DNA of 64,000 bases, taken from a virus. The notes below the pieces were generated by a model. It was not told the origin of the DNA, did no database searches, and saw only the letters and a program-made list of their open reading frames with translations. The DNA lies in IMG/VR virus record IMGVR_UViG_3300028920_000047, positions 32,001 through 96,000 of that record. The stretch is one strand, 5' to 3'. Position 1 is the stretch's first letter. Each line of letters begins with the position of its first letter. The position numbers were made by a program, and so were the translations under genes. Of the stretch, positions 38,783-49,008 are shown piece by piece.

Positions 38783-39679
38783 ATGTCCAAATTAAGAGAT
38801 AATTTGTGGGTTAATAAATACAGACCAAAAAGTATAAAAGATTTAATATTACCTTTCAATATTAGAAAACCCTTGACTAAGTTTTTACGGGAAAAAGAAA
38901 TACCACATTTATTATTAGCTGGCCCACCAGGATGCGGAAAAACAAGTTATGCCAGGATAATATTTAAAACACTGGATTGTTCAAAACTTTATATGAATGC
39001 TTCGAATGAACGAGGTATTGATGTAATGCGAAATAAAATTATACCTTTTTGTGCCTCACAATCTATAAACAAATGGAAAATAATTTTTATGGACGAAGCC
39101 GACCAGTTAACAAAGGATGCTCAGGAATTATTGAGGAGCCCTATTGAATTATATAGTAGCAAATCTCGGTTTATATTTGCCTGTAACAATAAGTATAAAT
39201 TAACTGACGCTATAATTAGTCGTTGCCAGGAGTTTAATTTTCCAGCTTTAAAAGTCAAAAAAATTTTAAATATATGTAGAAATATATTAGAACAAGAAGA
39301 AATAAATTATAACATTGATGATTTATTGATTTTGATAGAAGATTATGAACCGGATATTAGAAAAATAATTCATCATCTACAATTAAATTGTGAAGATGGT
39401 AAATTCACCTACGAGACCGCAGGACTGGTAAGAGACGATATAATAGAACTAATAATGAAAAAAGATATGCAAAATATTAGACAAGCTGTTGAACAGGGTA
39501 TCGATACAACAGAAACAATCAAAACTATATTTTATGACTTGGAAAATTATATAGATGATTTTAATAAATTGGGTGAAATATCGGTTGTTGTGGCTGAATA
39601 TTTATATAGAGAATTTTCAATTCCTGATAAGAATATAAACTTTATTGGAATGTGTTTTGACATTATAAATAGGCTGTGA
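38783..39679 (+). CDS. clamp loader ATPase subunit (RFC small/gp44-like)
   Basis: LWVNKYRPK, GPPGCGKTS, NASNERGID, MDEADQL, SRC motif. Confidence 0.93.
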   Translation: MSKLRDNLWVNKYRPKSIKDLILPFNIRKPLTKFLREKEIPHLLLAGPPGCGKTSYARIIFKTLDCSKLYMNASNERGIDVMRNKIIPFCASQSINKWKIIFMDEADQLTKDAQELLRSPIELYSSKSRFIFACNNKYKLTDAIISRCQEFNFPALKVKKILNICRNILEQEEINYNIDDLLILIEDYEPDIRKIIHHLQLNCEDGKFTYETAGLVRDDIIELIMKKDMQNIRQAVEQGIDTTETIKTIFYDLENYIDDFNKLGEISVVVAEYLYREFSIPDKNINFIGMCFDIINRL

Positions 39680-39858
39680 TTATGATGAAAATATCAAAAA
39701 AAGAATTGAAAAATAGAATAAATAAAGCACTTAAAACAATTAATGGAATGATTAACAGTTATAATTGGTATACAGGGAAAACAGGCAGTTTAATACACCG
39801 TTCAAATATAAATGATTTGCAGAAAATAGCGGATATATTAGAGGATAGTGTAATATAA
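39676..39858 (+). CDS. hypothetical protein
   Basis: short ORF in the operon. Confidence 0.5.
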   Translation: MIMMKISKKELKNRINKALKTINGMINSYNWYTGKTGSLIHRSNINDLQKIADILEDSVI

Positions 39859-39910
39859 TGAAAAAATCAGATTATTGCCTATTTAGAGGTGTTAAAGGAG
39901 AAACATTGAG

Positions 39911-40126
39911 GTGAAATCTTTAGTTACAAATTTTTGGTATTGGTTAAAATGGAGAATACATATACAATTTTGTAAAAAACAATGGTGTGTTAAATGTATA
40001 AGAAGTATAGCTCCCATAACCAGTAGATTAGACTTATGGGTTTATAGAATATTAAGATTTATAAAAACTGGTAAATGGATTTGTTTTAAACATAGGGTTA
40101 TAAAAAATGGAAAGGAAATAAAATAA
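39911..40126 (+). CDS. hypothetical protein
   Basis: 71-aa ORF, AGGAG upstream. Confidence 0.45.
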   Translation: MKSLVTNFWYWLKWRIHIQFCKKQWCVKCIRSIAPITSRLDLWVYRILRFIKTGKWICFKHRVIKNGKEIK

Positions 40127-40314
40127 AATGATATTAATATTTGAAATAAGTAATCCGTTTCAACTTAAACCTGGGTGGTTTAAATCTGATATAATGTTTA
40201 GAGTTTGGTGGCTGTGGTTTGCGATTGCTTATGCTCCAATGGGTTTACAGGAATTTGAAGCAATACCAACAAAATGGGTAAATAAACCTGGAAAATATAA
40301 TTAAGGAAAAAATA

Positions 40315-40626
40315 ATGCAAACAAAATGTGATTGTTGTGGAAAAAGTGATATAAAGGTAGTTGGGGGAATTTTTGGAATTATACCATTTATATTTTTTTA
40401 TTGTTGTGGCGTATGTATTGCAATGCGAGCAGAACCTAAAGAGTTAATAGAACAAGCAATTAAAATATGTGATAAAATTGAAAATATAAAAAAGGAAACA
40501 CCTCTAATTTATTACAATGAAAAAGATGATAACTATATCAATAGAAGAACAAATGAACCTTTGTTTATACGATTTAAACATGGTGTGGTCTGTAATACCA
40601 GGGAACAGGCAAAACAGGAAATATAA
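40315..40626 (+). CDS. hypothetical Cys-containing protein
   Basis: CDCC..CCGVC. Confidence 0.6.
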   Translation: MQTKCDCCGKSDIKVVGGIFGIIPFIFFYCCGVCIAMRAEPKELIEQAIKICDKIENIKKETPLIYYNEKDDNYINRRTNEPLFIRFKHGVVCNTREQAKQEI

Positions 40627-40636
40627 AAGGTAGAAA

Positions 40637-41557
40637 ATGCCAGTACAAATTGAAAAAAACATATTACTTATAGATTTCCCGAATTTAGCTATAAGAAACC
40701 TTATGGCTTCAGGACAGAAAACAAAATTTGATTTATGGCGCCATATGACATTAAAATCCATAATAGGCTTAATACAAAAGTTTCAACCGGTGGAAATTAT
40801 TATTTGTTTAGATGGTAAATATGTTTGGCGAAAAGATGTCTATCCACAATATAAGGCAAATAGAAAAAAGTTAAGAAAAAAATCAGATATTTACTGGTCT
40901 GGATACTATGAAGTGTATGAAGATACAATTTGTGAATATAAAACAATGTTACCCTTTAAAATTTTTATTGATGATAAAATGGAAGCAGATGATATAATAG
41001 CAATGTTTTGTTTAATTTTTAAAGGACAACAAGCACATCCAATTTCAAGAAAAATAACAAAAAGGCCCGAAAGGGTTATTGTGATAAGTTCGGATAAAGA
41101 TTTTCACCAGCTTATGTTATATGGTATTGATATATATGATGCCATGACTAAAAGAATGAGAAGATGGTATGATTATCCGGTAGAAAAATTACGAAAAGAT
41201 TTATTTGTTAAAATATGTACAGCAGATGGACCTCGACCAGGAGTTAGGGGTGACGGTATTGCTAATCTGTTTAGAGGTTGTGGAAAAAAGAAGGCTTTAC
41301 AGCTATATAAAGAGTTTGGCCCAACTGCTATACCAACAGAATATCTTACAGCTTATAAAAGAAATGAGATGTTAATGGATTTAAAATGGTATTGGCAAGC
41401 TTCTAATAGAAAACTTTTTTGGAAATATATAAACTATAAAGTTTTATATAATTCTAATGAATTTCAACAATATTTAAAGTATTATAATCTAAACCAAATA
41501 CTTAAAAAAATAAAAATTTATAATAATCTATTCAGGAGGTTAATATCAGGAGGTTAG
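40637..41557 (+). CDS. 5'-3' exonuclease/flap endonuclease (T4 RNase H-like)
   Basis: LLIDF.N, WRKDVYPQYKANRK, MEADDII, SSDKDFHQL, GDGI. Confidence 0.9.
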   Translation: MPVQIEKNILLIDFPNLAIRNLMASGQKTKFDLWRHMTLKSIIGLIQKFQPVEIIICLDGKYVWRKDVYPQYKANRKKLRKKSDIYWSGYYEVYEDTICEYKTMLPFKIFIDDKMEADDIIAMFCLIFKGQQAHPISRKITKRPERVIVISSDKDFHQLMLYGIDIYDAMTKRMRRWYDYPVEKLRKDLFVKICTADGPRPGVRGDGIANLFRGCGKKKALQLYKEFGPTAIPTEYLTAYKRNEMLMDLKWYWQASNRKLFWKYINYKVLYNSNEFQQYLKYYNLNQILKKIKIYNNLFRRLISGG

Positions 41558-41558
41558 T

Positions 41559-41975
41559 ATGAAAATAGTAAAAATGGAAAAGAGGTTATTTCGTGCTGAT
41601 AATTTCTTAAATGTCAAAATAAGTATATTTAAAATAAATATATCTAAACTTGTTCAAGTTTATCCTGAGTGTAAAAATTTGATACATTCACTACCTTCCG
41701 AAGTATTCGTATTCAAAGGCTCCCCGATACGCGTCGTTATAAAAGCTACCACCAAATTTAAAATCAAACATAATTTTGAAGTATCAGGATTTGCTATACT
41801 ACACCCTGATGACAAATTTGTGAAAAAGGGCATCAATTTAGCAATTTATAGATGTTTGAAAAAAGTTTGTAATATTATTGGCGACCATTGGAAACAGCGT
41901 GCTACAGGCGTGAAAAATATTATAAAAGAGTTATTAAAAAAAATGGAGGCAAAAGAAGATGAAAAAAAGAACTAA
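41559..41975 (+). CDS. hypothetical protein
   Basis: 138 aa; G.A.LHPDDKF..G..LA..R motif; AGGAGG RBS. Confidence 0.65.
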   Translation: MKIVKMEKRLFRADNFLNVKISIFKINISKLVQVYPECKNLIHSLPSEVFVFKGSPIRVVIKATTKFKIKHNFEVSGFAILHPDDKFVKKGINLAIYRCLKKVCNIIGDHWKQRATGVKNIIKELLKKMEAKEDEKKN

Positions 41976-42348
41976 TTGGAAACAATTATACGAAACGTCT
42001 GAAAGCGTAGTACGAAGACAAAAAGAAGTTATTAAAATTTTAGAAACTGATAAAACTTATCTTGAGGAGAGGATAAAAAATAATGAATCATCGATGCAAA
42101 AATTAAAAAAAGAATTAAAACATCAATTAACAAATGAACTGGAAATTCGAGAGCGATTAGAAAAAGAACTACTTGATTGGAAATTATTGGTTTGTAATTT
42201 TATTACAGAAACCAAAAATTCGGAATTAAGACAAAAACTCCTCAACGAAAAAAATGAAATCGAGGTACGATTACGAAATATTGAGGATAGAAAATTTGAT
42301 AGTTATGGAAAAAAGTATAATATATCAAAAGAATTTTTAAAATTTTAG
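41959..42348 (+). CDS. coiled-coil hypothetical protein
   Basis: 129-aa ORF. Confidence 0.6.
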   Translation: MKKRTNWKQLYETSESVVRRQKEVIKILETDKTYLEERIKNNESSMQKLKKELKHQLTNELEIRERLEKELLDWKLLVCNFITETKNSELRQKLLNEKNEIEVRLRNIEDRKFDSYGKKYNISKEFLKF

Positions 42349-42358
42349 GAGAATAAAT

Positions 42359-42703
42359 ATGAAAAAACTTATAGCCAAATATGAGAAAAATGATGGAACA
42401 GTTAGACAAATCAAAGGGGTTATTATCCAGGAACCGTTAAAATATGAAAAAAAATTAGATGATTATTTTGTACTTGATTTAGAAATGTTAAATCCAAAAG
42501 AAATTGATGTGTTAATTAAAGCTTATTCTAAAATTCAACAAAAGCAAAACGAGATTAACAAACTTGAAACCAGTATTAAACCTATTACAAGTAAATGTAT
42601 TCGACGGTTAAAACCAGCTAAATTGATTAATCCTGAAATATTTACTCCTCAAAGCGCTGTTACAATGGAACCAGGACTAAGAAAGAAGAAAAGAAAAAAA
42701 TGA
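42359..42703 (+). CDS. hypothetical protein
   Basis: 114 aa, AGGAG RBS. Confidence 0.65.
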   Translation: MKKLIAKYEKNDGTVRQIKGVIIQEPLKYEKKLDDYFVLDLEMLNPKEIDVLIKAYSKIQQKQNEINKLETSIKPITSKCIRRLKPAKLINPEIFTPQSAVTMEPGLRKKKRKK

Positions 42704-43080
42704 AATATTTTGATAAAATCAAAAACATAGCATTTAAGATGAAGCCTTTTACACAAACCGATTTGACAAGCGATTATTGGCCAATAAATAAACATTTTTC
42801 CAATATAAATAACGCATTACCATTTATTACTTATATTAGTAAATATCTATATACCTTAAATAAAGATTATTTAATATTACTTTATAGATTTGTTCCACCA
42901 CTGGATAATTCATTTATTAAATATCCTAAAAAACAAAAAATATTTAAAGATAAAAACGTATATGAAAAAATATTACAGCATCTACAAATGTCCGAAAGAG
43001 AATTTAAATTGGTGTGGAAAATATTTCAACAGGCTGGTCATAGTGAAAAACAATTAAAGGAGATGTTTGGTATAAAATGA
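42700..43080 (+). CDS. putative clamp loader small subunit (gp62-like)
   Basis: YWPINKHFS, LYRFVP..FIKYPKK, MSERE pattern; gp44-like gene nearby. Confidence 0.5.
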   Translation: MKYFDKIKNIAFKMKPFTQTDLTSDYWPINKHFSNINNALPFITYISKYLYTLNKDYLILLYRFVPPLDNSFIKYPKKQKIFKDKNVYEKILQHLQMSEREFKLVWKIFQQAGHSEKQLKEMFGIK

Positions 43081-43595
43081 AAGTAACAAAAATATTTAAA
43101 ATAGAAACAGCTCATCGTGTAATAAATGCATACACAAAACGCTGTGCTGAAAATATTCATGGTCACAGTGCTCAAATCGAATTTACTTTTGAAGCCGATT
43201 GTTTAGATGAAGCACAAATGGTTATAGATTTTACCATTATAAAAAAGAATTTAAAACCATTTATAGATATGTTTGACCACACTTTGGTTATTTGTAACGA
43301 GGATATTCAATTAAAAAATATAGTTTGGCATTCAAATATAAATAAAAGATGGATAGTGGCCTCTTTTAACCCCACAGCAGAAATGTTTGCTAAATATTTT
43401 TACGAAGTTGCAAATTGGTTTTTTACTGGATTTGTTTATAATGTTAAATATTGGGAAACATCTACCGGTAATGCTGAATTTAATAAAGACGATTTATTTA
43501 AGGATAAACTTTTCAAAACGTTTTTAGTTGATGCTTCAAAAGAAATTAAACAAGAAAATATTGAATGGCAAATTATTCCCAAAAGGAAAAAATAA
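43077..43595 (+). CDS. queD: 6-carboxy-5,6,7,8-tetrahydropterin synthase
   Basis: ETAHR, C.ENIHGHS, MVIDF, FDH, PTAE, WET. Confidence 0.93.
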   Translation: MKVTKIFKIETAHRVINAYTKRCAENIHGHSAQIEFTFEADCLDEAQMVIDFTIIKKNLKPFIDMFDHTLVICNEDIQLKNIVWHSNINKRWIVASFNPTAEMFAKYFYEVANWFFTGFVYNVKYWETSTGNAEFNKDDLFKDKLFKTFLVDASKEIKQENIEWQIIPKRKK

Positions 43596-43597
43596 TA

Positions 43598-43945
43598 ATG
43601 TATGATTTAAAATTGGTCACTCCTATTGCAAAATTGATTTTCAAATTAAAAGAAAGAAAAAATGTACCATGGCAATGTTACTGGAATGTGATAGGATGTT
43701 GTCAAGGTATTATAAGCAATCGTCACGACCCAGTAAAGGAATTTAAAAATTTAAAAGCAAATTTTGTTTATTATGAATTATTAAAAAATGATAATATAAA
43801 TTTAGAAGAATTATCTAAATTTTGTAATAACTGGCTTTGTAAAATATTAAAAATTGAATGGTTTGAAAAAAATGTAAAGTACACAATAAAGAAAAGGTTA
43901 AAATTAGTTATTAAAAAACAAATGAAATATAGGGTGAAAAAATGA
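43598..43945 (+). CDS. hypothetical protein
   Basis: ORF between queD and queE; start uncertain. Confidence 0.55.
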   Translation: MYDLKLVTPIAKLIFKLKERKNVPWQCYWNVIGCCQGIISNRHDPVKEFKNLKANFVYYELLKNDNINLEELSKFCNNWLCKILKIEWFEKNVKYTIKKRLKLVIKKQMKYRVKK

Positions 43946-44613
43946 AAAAGTATAAAATCTCGGAAATATTTTTTGCATTACAGGGTGAAGGCTCCACTAT
44001 TGGAAAACCAAGTATTTTTGTTAGATATTTTGGTTGTCATTTAGCAAATAGAGGAAAACCTTGCCCCTGGTGTGATTCTAAATACGCCTGGAATCAAAAA
44101 TTGGGTAGTTATTCAAAATTATCTGGTGATGAGATTATTAGGGAAATAAAAAAATATGATTGTAAACATATTGTTATTACTGGAGGCGAGCCTTATTTAC
44201 AATTAGAAACCTCAATTGATTGGTTATGGATTATGGATTTATGGAAACAGGGTTACACCTTTGAAGTTGAAACCACCGGGGATTATAACCTCCGCAGTTA
44301 TCCTGCTATTAGTCAATATAATATTTCTCCTAAAATTCAACAATCAATGATTGATTTTGATGATAAAATAGTATATGCACCCATAATCTTAAAATTTGTT
44401 TATGAACCGGGTAAAAAAAATATAGAAGGATTTATTTTTCAGGTAGTTAATAATAATCCGGGTATAAAGAATATTTATATAATGCCACAATGTAAAAATA
44501 GAAAAGAATATTTGTTAAATTGTGGAGCTACAGAAAAATTTTGTATGGAAAATAATTTTATTTTTTCACCAAGATTACATATTATAAACTGGGACGGTGA
44601 ACGTGGTAAATGA
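43942..44613 (+). CDS. queE: 7-carboxy-7-deazaguanine synthase (radical SAM)
   Basis: EIFFALQGEG, GC..PCPWCDS, ITGGEP, ETTG, SPK, SPRLH. Confidence 0.92.
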   Translation: MKKYKISEIFFALQGEGSTIGKPSIFVRYFGCHLANRGKPCPWCDSKYAWNQKLGSYSKLSGDEIIREIKKYDCKHIVITGGEPYLQLETSIDWLWIMDLWKQGYTFEVETTGDYNLRSYPAISQYNISPKIQQSMIDFDDKIVYAPIILKFVYEPGKKNIEGFIFQVVNNNPGIKNIYIMPQCKNRKEYLLNCGATEKFCMENNFIFSPRLHIINWDGERGK

Positions 44614-44807
44614 TAATACAGGTAGCTTATGAAAATATAGATGGATATGATAGTTATGAGGTCGAATGTGATAATGCCTGCGGAGCAACAATGGTTATCG
44701 ATATGTATTGGTATGATATGATACAAAAACTAAAAGATTCATGTTGGCAAATAAAAAAAGTAGGAGATAATTGGGAACATTATTGCCCCGAGTGTTCTCA
44801 ACATTAA
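44610..44807 (+). CDS. small zinc-ribbon protein
   Basis: CDNAC..HYCPEC. Confidence 0.6.
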   Translation: MIIQVAYENIDGYDSYEVECDNACGATMVIDMYWYDMIQKLKDSCWQIKKVGDNWEHYCPECSQH

Positions 44808-44980
44808 AGGAGTGTTAAAGTAATGATATTAGTAAAGGACGTAATAAAATTACCGGCTAATTATTCCAGATTGAAGAAAATATTACGAATGCGAAAAAGA
44901 GAGAGAGAAAAATTAGATAAATATTTAGGAGTGGAACCTATACCACCGGGAAAATACAAATTAACAAGGGGATAATAAAA

Positions 44981-45352
44981 ATGGAAAACACGATTTGTTC
45001 AAGATGTGGTAATAATATGGTTCATATGGGAATTTCGTTATCTAATAAACCCTTATTATGGTGTGAGTTTTGCGGATGTTTGCAAACATTTACTCCGGCA
45101 AAAAGTGATAATATTCCTATGGTTGAAGTTAATTTATCTGTATTAGGTTTAATGGTATGTGCCTCTATTTCTAACTACAAGAATAAAGTTTGGACAGAAA
45201 AAACTAAAGAAATTCAAAAAAATATAGAAAATTTATCAGCTAAAGAATACATACAGCAAACCAATCAAATCAAAGAAGAAAGAAACTATATGATTACCAA
45301 AATGACAACTGAAGATTTAAAAAAAGTTTTAAAAAAAGAGGAAATAAAATGA
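44981..45352 (+). CDS. zinc-ribbon hypothetical protein
   Basis: CSRC..CEFC. Confidence 0.6.
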   Translation: MENTICSRCGNNMVHMGISLSNKPLLWCEFCGCLQTFTPAKSDNIPMVEVNLSVLGLMVCASISNYKNKVWTEKTKEIQKNIENLSAKEYIQQTNQIKEERNYMITKMTTEDLKKVLKKEEIK

Positions 45353-45633
45353 TTTGGATAATAGTGTTTATTTATTTAGTAATAGGATTGTTATTAACAA
45401 TAAATCAAGCCAGGTTGACTACTAATGATTTTATAAGTTATAATCATAGTGGAACCTACGAACATTATCGGTTAATAGAATATTATTATAGATTTTTTAA
45501 AGGGGTAATATTTTTTCCATATTATTTAATCAAAGACATAAACAAATTATTTGGCTACAGACTTCTCAAAGGTATGTGGAAAAGTTGTACCTGGATAAAA
45601 AAACTAAAACTATTTTTTATAGGGAGAATCTAA
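45349..45633 (+). CDS. small membrane protein
   Basis: N-terminal TM helix. Confidence 0.55.
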   Translation: MIWIIVFIYLVIGLLLTINQARLTTNDFISYNHSGTYEHYRLIEYYYRFFKGVIFFPYYLIKDINKLFGYRLLKGMWKSCTWIKKLKLFFIGRI

Positions 45634-45667
45634 TGAAAAAAGTTTTAAAAACGGGTCGGGATTTTCC

Positions 45668-45859
45668 ATGAGCAGAGAATTAACAAAATGTAAAAAATGT
45701 GACTCAGGTTTTTTAAAGCTGGTTAAAGAGTTAAATCCAAAAACCACCTGTGCAAATATGAATGTTATATTAAAATGTTTAATATGTGGATATACCAACG
45801 TTTATCAAATTACTTCACATTTTCACAAAAATCAAATGAAGTGGAGAAAGAGGATATAA
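45668..45859 (+). CDS. small zinc-ribbon protein
   Basis: CKKC..CLIC. Confidence 0.5.
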   Translation: MSRELTKCKKCDSGFLKLVKELNPKTTCANMNVILKCLICGYTNVYQITSHFHKNQMKWRKRI

Positions 45860-46440
45860 TGAAAAAAATTAAAATAGCTTTTGTTGGAACACATCGGGTA
45901 GGAAAGACTTCGCTGATGTTAAGACTGGCGGCCGATTTAAAAGAAGATGGTAGACATGTAGAAATTATAAAAGAAGTAGCTCGCCGTTGCCCGCTGGCTA
46001 TAAATCAACAAACCACTTTAGAAGCACAAATGTGGATATTATTTGAACATATACAAAAGGAGTTTGAAGAATTACAACATTGTGATATTTTATTAACAGA
46101 TAGAGCTATTTGTAATTATGGCTATTTGACCAAAAAATTTGGTAGATTAGAATTTCTTGAACCATTATTAAAAAACTGGTGTAAATCGTTTGACCTAATG
46201 ATATACGTACCAATCGCTTTAAAAATAATTGACGACGGTGAAGCCATGACTGACCCCAGGGAACAGCGGGATTATGACCAGGAAATAAGAGATATACTGA
46301 ACCTGTTTAAAGATTATATTAATTTAATAGAATTACCACAATATGATATATCAAAATGGAAAAATATAATTAACAGAAATGTATATAAGGTAATAAAAAA
46401 AGGAGAAAACAATGCCAAAAAAAGTGAAACGTACGAATAG
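45859..46440 (+). CDS. P-loop nucleotide kinase-like ATPase (AAA_28/NadR-like)
   Basis: IAFVGTHRVGKTSL, EVAR, LTDRA; start moved to MKKIK. Confidence 0.75.
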   Translation: MKKIKIAFVGTHRVGKTSLMLRLAADLKEDGRHVEIIKEVARRCPLAINQQTTLEAQMWILFEHIQKEFEELQHCDILLTDRAICNYGYLTKKFGRLEFLEPLLKNWCKSFDLMIYVPIALKIIDDGEAMTDPREQRDYDQEIRDILNLFKDYINLIELPQYDISKWKNIINRNVYKVIKKGENNAKKSETYE

Positions 46441-47104
46441 AGAACAAGCCGGTCTAAAAAATATTAAAAATATAAATAAATTATATAAGTATTTACAAAA
46501 TACTGACCTGGATGTTTTAAAAATAAATTTTGGTGGTATTTTGTTACAGTACCAGGACATACGGCCAGATATAAAAAATATTTTAAAATATTTAAACAAA
46601 TCAGATTTTTATACAGCACCATCAGCTACAAAATTTAATCGTGACAAAGAGGGTAGTTTATTAAGACATAGTTTAGCTACTTATTGGATATTTAATAATT
46701 TACCTTTAATTGATAAACAAAATATGCAAGAGGTTTCAATAGCTGTTATATGTTTGCTACATGATGTATGCAAAACCTTTTTTTATAAAAAGACTATGAA
46801 AAATGGTAAGTGGGACAAAACGGGTCAATGGGATAATAGTTGCTCCTGGTCAGAAAAGGAAGGATACGTAGTAGAGGATTTATTACCACTTGGTCATGGT
46901 GAAAAAAGTGTTATCATTTTACAAAATTATATAGATTTAAAAGAGGAGGAAATGATTGCTATTCGTTGGCATCTTGGCTGGTTAGACCCGGCTTTACATT
47001 TCTTTTATCCATCTGGAGCACCTTTTAATAAAGCCCTAAGGGAGAATATGTATCTTATACCACTAATTACCGCTGACCAGTTAGCGGCGAATAGATTATT
47101 TTAA
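46412..47104 (+). CDS. HD-domain phosphohydrolase
   Basis: FYTAPSAT, LLRHS, LLHDVCK, GHGEKS, AIRWH, AD. Confidence 0.85.
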   Translation: MPKKVKRTNREQAGLKNIKNINKLYKYLQNTDLDVLKINFGGILLQYQDIRPDIKNILKYLNKSDFYTAPSATKFNRDKEGSLLRHSLATYWIFNNLPLIDKQNMQEVSIAVICLLHDVCKTFFYKKTMKNGKWDKTGQWDNSCSWSEKEGYVVEDLLPLGHGEKSVIILQNYIDLKEEEMIAIRWHLGWLDPALHFFYPSGAPFNKALRENMYLIPLITADQLAANRLF

Positions 47105-47108
47105 TATT

Positions 47109-47459
47109 ATGAAATCAAATTTAATACAAAGTGAAAAATTTTATAAATGGTATGAAAATCATAGTGGTTATAAATTTGAGATTATTGATGGAGTATTGTT
47201 CTCATGTAAAAATATATGTGCTATATATATAACTGATTTATTTTATATATCTATATGTAGTAATTATTGTTTACATAATAATCTAACCAGGAGAAAAATA
47301 TGGAATTTTAAAAATTTAGGCGAAGCTTATATTTATTATAAATACTTGATAGATAGTGAATCTTATTTAAAATATTTATATAGAATTATAATAAGGAGGA
47401 TTAGAAATGGACTGGGATGGATTTATAGAAGTGCCGCCAAAAACAGAAGGATATTTTAA
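47109..47459 (+). CDS. hypothetical protein
   Basis: 116-aa ORF. Confidence 0.45.
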   Translation: MKSNLIQSEKFYKWYENHSGYKFEIIDGVLFSCKNICAIYITDLFYISICSNYCLHNNLTRRKIWNFKNLGEAYIYYKYLIDSESYLKYLYRIIIRRIRNGLGWIYRSAAKNRRIF

Positions 47460-47931
47460 AGCCTCTTATTGGAATGGCCAAGAGGATAGAAAAATTTTAT
47501 TAATAAGTGATGGTATAATGAAAATTATGGATGAAGTTTTATTAAAATTTAAAGATAAGGATAACAACGAATATACCAGGAAAGATTTAAAAAAAGTTCT
47601 TTTTGAAAGATTAAGGGAAAAATATGGTTTATCCCTGGATGTAGTATGTGATGACCAGATTAACCCACTAAATGAGACTAAAGATGATTTAAAAGTAGTT
47701 GTTTATAAATATATAGGTAGTAAAACTTTAAGAATTGCCCGGAGTTTAAAAGAACTTTTAAAAAGAAATAAAAACGGAGGTGATATAACAATGACCGAAG
47801 AAAAAACAAATGACCCTGTACCAATGGAAGATGAGAAAGAACAATCAACTAAAGATTTAAAAGAATTGAAAAAAGAGAAAAGTTCTATAGAACTGGATGA
47901 AAATAATTCTAAAAAATTGTTTAAGGGATAA
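47407..47931 (+). CDS. hypothetical protein
   Basis: 174 aa, AAGGAGG RBS. Confidence 0.65.
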   Translation: MDWDGFIEVPPKTEGYFKASYWNGQEDRKILLISDGIMKIMDEVLLKFKDKDNNEYTRKDLKKVLFERLREKYGLSLDVVCDDQINPLNETKDDLKVVVYKYIGSKTLRIARSLKELLKRNKNGGDITMTEEKTNDPVPMEDEKEQSTKDLKELKKEKSSIELDENNSKKLFKG

Positions 47932-48004
47932 AATATGGCACATACCAAAATATCTATAACAAAAGTTGATGAAAATAAAATAATAAAAAAAGCGAGGTTC
48001 CCAG

Positions 48005-48214
48005 ATGAGGATTGATATAGAACCTTTTTATTATATAGAAACTGAGGATGAAGAACTGATAAAAATAGTTGAATCTAAAAAAGATATTATATCAAAATTT
48101 ACTATAAACCTCCTATTAAAAACCATGGGAGAAAGAATTCAATTAGCGGCGGATGACGCTACTTTAAAAACATTTTTACAAGGAGTGATGGATTATGAAG
48201 CGAGCAGTAATTAG
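48005..48214 (+). CDS. hypothetical protein
   Basis: 69-aa ORF. Confidence 0.5.
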   Translation: MRIDIEPFYYIETEDEELIKIVESKKDIISKFTINLLLKTMGERIQLAADDATLKTFLQGVMDYEASSN

Positions 48215-49004
48215 TTGTTCAGGAGGTATGGATAGCACTTCGTTATTATTACAAATGTTGGTAAAGGGTTATCAGGTACACGCTGTAGCTTTTTTATATG
48301 GGCAAAAACACAAAATTGAACTTGATAAATTACAAATGAATATAAATCAAATTTGTTTGAACGAAAAGTTAAAGAGTAGACTTATATATAATATTATCGA
48401 TTTATCCATACTCGGAAAATTATTTACTTCAGCATTGACCCAACCTGGTATAAGTGTGCCCGAGGGTTATTATACCGAAGATATAATGAAACAAACGGTA
48501 GTACCTAATCGTAATGCTATATTTAGTTCAATTATATACGGTTATGCTTTAAGTTTAGCTAATAAGTATAATCAACAAATAGAAATATGTTTGGGTGTAC
48601 ATAGTGGTGACCATGCAATCTATCCCGATTGCCGGCCAGAATTTTATGATGTTTTAATAAAAGCTTTTAAAATGGGAAACTGGAATGCCAACAAAGTGAA
48701 ATTCAATTTACCCTATTTAAAAAAGGATAAATATACCATATTGAAAGATGCTTTAGAAAATTGTAATAAATTGGATTTAAATTTTAACATAATATTTTTT
48801 AATACTAATACTTGTTATCAACCCGACATAAATGGCATCGCCTGTGGTAAATGTGGTAGCTGTATTGAACGGATTGAGGCGTTTATGAGACTGGATAAAG
48901 AGGACCCAGTCAGTTACAAGGACGATTGGCAAACGGTTAAACAAAGAGTGGTAGATATGCAAAATAAGAATCAAGAAAAGGATTTATTTAATCAAGGGGA
49001 GTGA
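48195..49004 (+). CDS. queC: 7-cyano-7-deazaguanine synthase
   Basis: SGGMDST, YGQKH, VPNRNAIF, YPDCRPEF, CY..CGKCGSC.ER. Confidence 0.95.
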   Translation: MKRAVISCSGGMDSTSLLLQMLVKGYQVHAVAFLYGQKHKIELDKLQMNINQICLNEKLKSRLIYNIIDLSILGKLFTSALTQPGISVPEGYYTEDIMKQTVVPNRNAIFSSIIYGYALSLANKYNQQIEICLGVHSGDHAIYPDCRPEFYDVLIKAFKMGNWNANKVKFNLPYLKKDKYTILKDALENCNKLDLNFNIIFFNTNTCYQPDINGIACGKCGSCIERIEAFMRLDKEDPVSYKDDWQTVKQRVVDMQNKNQEKDLFNQGE

Positions 49005-49008
49005 TAAT